DNA of 64,000 nucleotides from an uncultured delta proteobacterium (GTDB lineage Bacteria; Desulfobacterota; Syntrophia; Syntrophales; UBA2185): NCBI GenBank assembly GCA_963695875.1, contig CAVOID010000003.1, positions 224,001 to 288,000 of the forward strand, read 5' to 3'. Shown piece by piece: positions 63,395 to 64,000 of this stretch (position 1 is its first letter; each line of letters starts with the position of its first letter). The notes under the pieces were generated by a model. It saw only the letters and a program-made list of their open reading frames with translations, ran no database searches and was not told where the DNA came from. The position numbers and the translations under genes were made by a program.

Positions 63395-64000
63395 TCAGCC
63401 CGATGCGGGTCTCTCTGATGAGGGCAGTGAAAAATAGAACGTAGCCCCTTCATCTACCTTACCTTCCGCCCACACCCGACCGCCGTGCCTGTGCACGATT
63501 CGTTGCACAGTTGCCAGACCAACGCCTGTACCTTCGAAATCATCACCACTGTGGAGACGCTGAAAGACACCGAACAGTTTGTCATAATACGCCATGTCGA
63601 AGCCTGTGCCGTTATCCCTTACATAATATATATTTTCATTTCCCTCAGTGTGACCTCCGGCTTCAATGCGCGCGGCATCCCGGTATTTTGTGAATTTTAC
63701 GGCGTTGGAAATGAGGTTGAAATATACCTGTTTCATGAGTGCCCTGTCTCCACATCCGGGAGGTATACCGTTGACGGTCATGATCATGTTCCTGCCCGGG
63801 TTTACGTCTTGCATTACCGTCCATACTTCTCTGACCAGTTGATCCATGTCTATTGGCGACATGGACATATCCTTCCTGCCAAGGCGGGAAAAAGCCAATA
63901 GATCGTCGATGAGCTGGCCCATCATCTGGGTGCTGCTTCTGATCACGTTAAATTTACTCAGGGTATCTTCATCAAATTTATCAGTCTGTTTTTTGATAAT
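63395..64000 (-). CDS. Sensor histidine kinase, C-terminal part (start lies beyond the window)
   Basis: LIDDLLAFSR, NLISNAVKFT, DNGTGF, GTGVGLA. Confidence 0.93.
   Translation of the reverse strand: MIKKQTDKFDEDTLSKFNVIRSSTQMMGQLIDDLLAFSRLGRKDMSMSPIDMDQLVREVWTVMQDVNPGRNMIMTVNGIPPGCGDRALMKQVYFNLISNAVKFTKYRDAARIEAGGHTEGNENIYYVRDNGTGFDMAYYDKLFGVFQRLHSGDDFEGTGVGLATVQRIVHRHGGRVWAEGKVDEGATFYFSLPSSERPASG

Overview
A 64-kb bacterial chromosomal window with moderate GC. The gene set (sigma54 regulator, FdhE, CcdA/TlpA, Mla, a selenoprotein, fatty-acid enzymes) suggests an anaerobic Desulfobacterota/Syntrophales-like organism; this is an inference. About 20 genes, including normally essential ones (gap, thyX), are broken by 1-bp indels. 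I read these as long-read consensus errors, not pseudogenes, and stitched the pieces together. Contents in order: a sigma54-driven ACAD-fabH-fabA-fabG operon, two-component systems, an archaeal-type alanine dehydrogenase, csp/RRM genes, a GntP-2xHADH-BKACE catabolic operon, murI-thyX-dinB, DUF47-pit with a Pho box, a KamA plus two ATP-grasp operon, mutM, a USP-CDF-selenoprotein-VKOR/Trx run, housekeeping genes (nth, gap, tpiA, secG, tRNA-Leu, pgi), an mla operon, an Rhs protein, DUF2950/DUF3300 and MORN proteins. Most notable: (1) a hidden UGA-recoded UshA-like selenoprotein (C-P-T-U plus SECIS) split in two by the ORF track; (2) an unannotated ~165-nt GGA-hairpin RNA resembling a CsrB/RsmY-type sRNA; (3) the KamA plus two Ddl-like ligase operon, a candidate beta-amino-acid peptide pathway; (4) MlaF fused to a degenerate GGDEF domain; (5) a Sec-signal, repeat-capped Rhs with a 30-aa tip behind a structured leader; (6) two families of miniature mobile repeats. 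No CRISPR array, rRNA, integrase or transposase was seen.
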